From the IMG/VR virus record IMGVR_UViG_3300044712_001838: a stretch of DNA of 36,710 nucleotides. One strand, 5' to 3'. The notes under the pieces are model-generated. The model was given only the letters and a program-made list of their open reading frames with translations, was not told where the DNA came from and did not search any database. This document shows, piece by piece, positions 33,831 to 36,710 of the stretch (within the stretch, counting starts at the first letter, position 1; each line of letters starts with the position of its first letter). Source of the DNA: an uncultured virus (IMG/VR IMGVR_UViG_3300044712_001838). Taxonomy: Duplodnaviria; Heunggongvirae; Uroviricota; Caudoviricetes. A program made the position numbers and the translations under genes.

Positions 33831-33967
33831 TTCTTCCTCCGGACAAACGACTTGACGACGGCGTCAATCTCTTCCTTGGTTAGCCGATGCTGGAAATGGC
33901 AAGCGAGGAAGAAGCCCTTATTCCTCGCGTGCTTGAGAAAAGCCCTGACGACTTGTGGCTTGGTCAT
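33827..33967 (-). CDS. small hypothetical protein (46 aa)
   Basis: AAGGA RBS; ATGA overlaps at both ends. Confidence 0.6.
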   Translation of the reverse strand: MTKPQVVRAFLKHARNKGFFLACHFQHRLTKEEIDAVVKSFVRRKK

Positions 33968-34188
33968 TTGCTTTCCTTTTGGGGCGATTGGACGGTTTGG
34001 ATTTTAATGCCCCCGCCGCAATGGGAACATACGAGCTTGAAGCCATTCAAATCCCACCCAAAGCCGCGATGACACATGGTTTTGTACGTTACGTACGAAT
34101 CCAGAGCATTTTGCGACTCCTCTTCAAGCGCAAGCTTAAAATCTTCTTTCCCGCACTTCTCGCAACAAACTTTCGTTATGTACTTCAT
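33964..34188 (-). CDS. zinc-ribbon protein
   Basis: CEKCG…CSHCG. Confidence 0.7.
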   Translation of the reverse strand: MKYITKVCCEKCGKEDFKLALEEESQNALDSYVTYKTMCHRGFGWDLNGFKLVCSHCGGGIKIQTVQSPQKESK

Positions 34189-34847
34189 TCGCTTTCCTTA
34201 CGTTCCAGTGCCTCAATGGAGACCTTTTGCGTCAATTTGTCAAGAATCGCATTCAAGTCTTTCTCAACGTTTGACACGGACTTGCGAATCTCGCCGATAC
34301 GCTCTTCTGCCGTCTTCAGGATACGCTGCTTGGCGATCGCGAGGGCTTTCTGGCGGTCAATGACCTTGAAGAACCCTGTTGGATAGCCGCTGTCCGACTC
34401 GGACTCCAACTTAAATACAGGCTCTTCGAAAAGCTTGGGTTCTACTGAATGAAGCCTATCGACGGGAACTATGCGCCGGATGCCGTAATAGGTCTCGCCT
34501 TCCGATTTGCGGACAGACGTTACGAAGGCGACGTCAAGCTCGTCTTCCGACACTGCAAAGTCTTGGAACATGAGGACGAAGTCGCCCAACGCGGCTGGAA
34601 CAAGCTCAGAGATAGCACGGATGCTTACGCAATCGAACTGGTCGTCGAGGGAGAACTGCTTGCGGAAAGTTTCTTCAAGATCGCCCTTTCCATACCAAAG
34701 CTCTACGATCCGACTAAGCTCGTTAAAGGGAACTTGAAAATAGAGCATCCTGCCATCGCCGACAACCTCGATCTCGCACTTGCTGACCTTGGTCGCCTGC
34801 ACGAAAGCTTCTTGCATGGCTTTGATCTGTTTGGGTGTCAGTTTCAT
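34185..34847 (-). CDS. hypothetical protein with C-terminal coiled coil
   Basis: GGGAAGG RBS before MKLTPKQ. Confidence 0.7.
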   Translation of the reverse strand: MKLTPKQIKAMQEAFVQATKVSKCEIEVVGDGRMLYFQVPFNELSRIVELWYGKGDLEETFRKQFSLDDQFDCVSIRAISELVPAALGDFVLMFQDFAVSEDELDVAFVTSVRKSEGETYYGIRRIVPVDRLHSVEPKLFEEPVFKLESESDSGYPTGFFKVIDRQKALAIAKQRILKTAEERIGEIRKSVSNVEKDLNAILDKLTQKVSIEALERKESE

Positions 34848-34993
34848 CCTTCCCTTTCGCGTCTTATCTGGTACTGTTCTACTTCGCATTCCCGCAAGAC
34901 TTTGTAGGCGGCTTTCCAAGACGTATAGTCGCCTTCCTCTCCGGCTTGCACGATCTTCCAATGACCGTTGATGAAATCGACGTTATAGGTCAT
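34844..34993 (-). CDS. small hypothetical protein
   Basis: MTYNVDFINGHW…; coupled. Confidence 0.55.
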   Translation of the reverse strand: MTYNVDFINGHWKIVQAGEEGDYTSWKAAYKVLRECEVEQYQIRREREG

Positions 34994-35339
34994 TGGGCAA
35001 ATCCGAAAGAACGTACATGGCGTAGGCAATCCGAATCAATCGGTCCTTGGGCGTGAAGATGCGGAGTACGCCATCCTGCTCATCGTCAAATACTTTCGGG
35101 GCGATTCCGTCAACAATCCGGACAGCGGCGACGCGAAGAGCTTGTCCGCGAAGTTCGTCGAATCCGAATTCCTCGAAGACCCTTTTCCAGAATTGATCTT
35201 CAGTCCCGCTGGAAGTATAACGTCCGAAATGAATGCTTCGGATCAGACCGGCCAAAGAACGTTTCTTCCTCTCAGGCGACAGCGGCATTGTCGAAGGCGG
35301 GAATTCAGCGACTGCCGGTGCTACGAGTTCTTTGCTCAT
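34983..35339 (-). CDS. hypothetical protein
   Basis: AAGGA RBS. Confidence 0.7.
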   Translation of the reverse strand: MSKELVAPAVAEFPPSTMPLSPERKKRSLAGLIRSIHFGRYTSSGTEDQFWKRVFEEFGFDELRGQALRVAAVRIVDGIAPKVFDDEQDGVLRIFTPKDRLIRIAYAMYVLSDLPNDL

Positions 35340-35348
35340 GGCTGTTCC

Positions 35349-35627
35349 TTATGGGACGTTGTACTTGACCAAGTTGTTCGGTATGAGGCTGAACGTGCCG
35401 CCAGGATAGACGATGATGTCGTATAGCCCTGCATAGCAAATCGTCAGCGGCTGCGACGTCTCCCGCGCCTTCTTGTATGTTTCGCGGATGTTCTCAACAA
35501 GGTCTTGCCAACTGTCCGGACCAACACCGTTATTGCCAACCTCAGCAACCAAATGCGAGATATGCAAACGCTGCCCTTCGTCAGCAGGCGACAACAAGCC
35601 TTCTTCGTGCGTCATGACGACCTCCAT
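35349..35627 (-). CDS. hypothetical protein
   Basis: ORF after a promoter; start 35627 or 35615. Confidence 0.7.
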   Translation of the reverse strand: MEVVMTHEEGLLSPADEGQRLHISHLVAEVGNNGVGPDSWQDLVENIRETYKKARETSQPLTICYAGLYDIIVYPGGTFSLIPNNLVKYNVP

Positions 35628-35635
35628 CGAAGTTC

Positions 35636-35663
35636 ACTATATGTCAAGAAACACCAGAGTCAA
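35636..35663 (-). promoter_or_regulatory. sigma70-like promoter
   Basis: TTGACT-N16-TATAGT. Confidence 0.6.
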
Positions 35664-35814
35664 GAAATTTCGGGGCGATCTTTGTCTTCTGATGCTTGCC
35701 GCACCAGGGGCAGAACCATGCCTTCTTTTGACGAGGAGCGTCGCCAATGGACCACCATTTCCTGCACTTGCCGCATTGAAAATGGACAAGTCGCTCGACT
35801 GAGTAGGAATGCAT
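35644..35814 (-). CDS. small zinc-ribbon protein
   Basis: HFQCGKCRKWWS…FCPWCG. Confidence 0.65.
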   Translation of the reverse strand: MHSYSVERLVHFQCGKCRKWWSIGDAPRQKKAWFCPWCGKHQKTKIAPKFLDSGVS

Positions 35815-35819
35815 TGGGT

Positions 35820-36467
35820 TTATGCCAAGAAGGCGGGGCGATCTTTGCCTGTCAGTGCCTTGTATTCGTCCAGTAACGCCTGCGGGACGTTCCTTGTCTT
35901 GTGCGCGTCCCAAATGTCAGCTAGGATGTCGTCTATCAACCGAACCTGTCGCTCCGGTTTCGCCGCCGCGCAGGGGCAGAAACATTTCCAATATTCAGCC
36001 GATTCTGAGATCGTATGTTCTGCACCACAAGCACCTACGACTTGGAAGGCGGTCTCGTTCGGGGGTTGTGAGGTAACTCTAGCGATTTTGTAGGTATCGC
36101 CCTTAAAAAAACAAATGCCAATTGTTTCGATGCATTTGATTTCGTCGCCTGCTTTGAGATTTAGCATAGTAACAGGTGCCGCTGGTGCATTCGCAGCGAC
36201 TGGAGAAGTCATGGCAACTTTGATCGTCGTAGGGACCGAATTAGCTGTCTGCGTCTGAGCGGCGAGTTCGAACTTGTCGAGCCAGTCGCCTTCAGAGCAA
36301 GTCGCGACATTCCCGTTCTCGCCATTCATCCAAATTCCGTGACTGGAATGGGGTCCGGCTACCGTGTACTTTTTGCCCTTGGCAAAGTACAGGACTTGGT
36401 TTCTGTCTAAAAGGTCCTCCAAGCAGACCAACTCATCTCCAACTTTGAGGTTCGCAGCTTTTAGCAT
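35820..36467 (-). CDS. 'DAHK' family protein, paralogue 2, with duplicated N-terminal module
   Basis: NLKVGDELVC…FAKGKKYTV and NLKAGDEIKC…FFKGDTYKI; IWDAHK tail. Confidence 0.8.
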   Translation of the reverse strand: MLKAANLKVGDELVCLEDLLDRNQVLYFAKGKKYTVAGPHSSHGIWMNGENGNVATCSEGDWLDKFELAAQTQTANSVPTTIKVAMTSPVAANAPAAPVTMLNLKAGDEIKCIETIGICFFKGDTYKIARVTSQPPNETAFQVVGACGAEHTISESAEYWKCFCPCAAAKPERQVRLIDDILADIWDAHKTRNVPQALLDEYKALTGKDRPAFLA

Positions 36468-36470
36468 TTG

Positions 36471-36710
36471 TCAATCCATGAATGCGGGTTTCGGCTTCCC
36501 CGTCAAGCCCTTGTATTCGTCCAGTAACGCCTGCGACACGCTCTTTGACTTGTGAGCGTCCCAAATCTCGTTCAGGACCATTTCGACGGAACGCGAGCAG
36601 GCGACGGCCGTTTTCTTCGTCGCAACCGCAAATTTCTCCAACCATCCGTCTGAGGGCAAAGAACTAATGTAATACAGGCGACCATTGTCAGCGATGACAG
36701 CGTAGGAAGC
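36471..36710 (-). CDS. 'DAHK' family protein, paralogue 3 (5' part outside window)
   Basis: Frame open to the window edge; VLNEIWDAHK…LLDEYKGLTG…PAF. Confidence 0.75.
   Translation of the reverse strand, partial: ASYAVIADNGRLYYISSLPSDGWLEKFAVATKKTAVACSRSVEMVLNEIWDAHKSKSVSQALLDEYKGLTGKPKPAFMD

Noticed and set aside
1..36710. TAG stop-codon reassignment
   Set aside because: Genes are intact in the standard code and TAG stops are followed by terminators, promoters or new starts
1..36710. tRNA or rRNA genes, transposases, virion genes
   Set aside because: No cloverleaf or T-loop signature and no recognisable motifs seen by eye

Overview
This looks like a 36.7-kb segment of a large phage or phage-like genome (inferred from about 90 short, tightly packed, mostly hypothetical ORFs; no structural or core replication genes are in the window). 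Genes run on + from 1 to 7.5 kb and almost all on - from 7.4 kb to the end. Recognisable products: a shikimate kinase, an ATP-dependent ligase adenylation domain with no OB fold, a LacI-type HTH protein, a protein with a PilC/GspF-like N-terminal domain, RMF/CrpP-like repeats, a possible ADP-ribosyltransferase-fold protein, a DUF4419 protein and several paralogue families. The main discovery is a 25-bp element, TTAGG-N6-TTAGGAGCAGGCGA, found 15 times between 486 and 14616 and always oriented with the downstream gene. In 7 copies the ATG lies exactly 7 nt after it, and 14 of 15 copies have a pyrimidine-purine step at that same offset, which suggests a non-canonical phage promoter making leaderless mRNAs. 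A non-coding region at 15.3-16.0 kb coincides with an apparent GC-skew switch and carries related TAG-N7-CTA boxes (putative origin). The octamer CAGGCGAC is strongly over-represented throughout. All counts and family calls were made by eye, without database searches.
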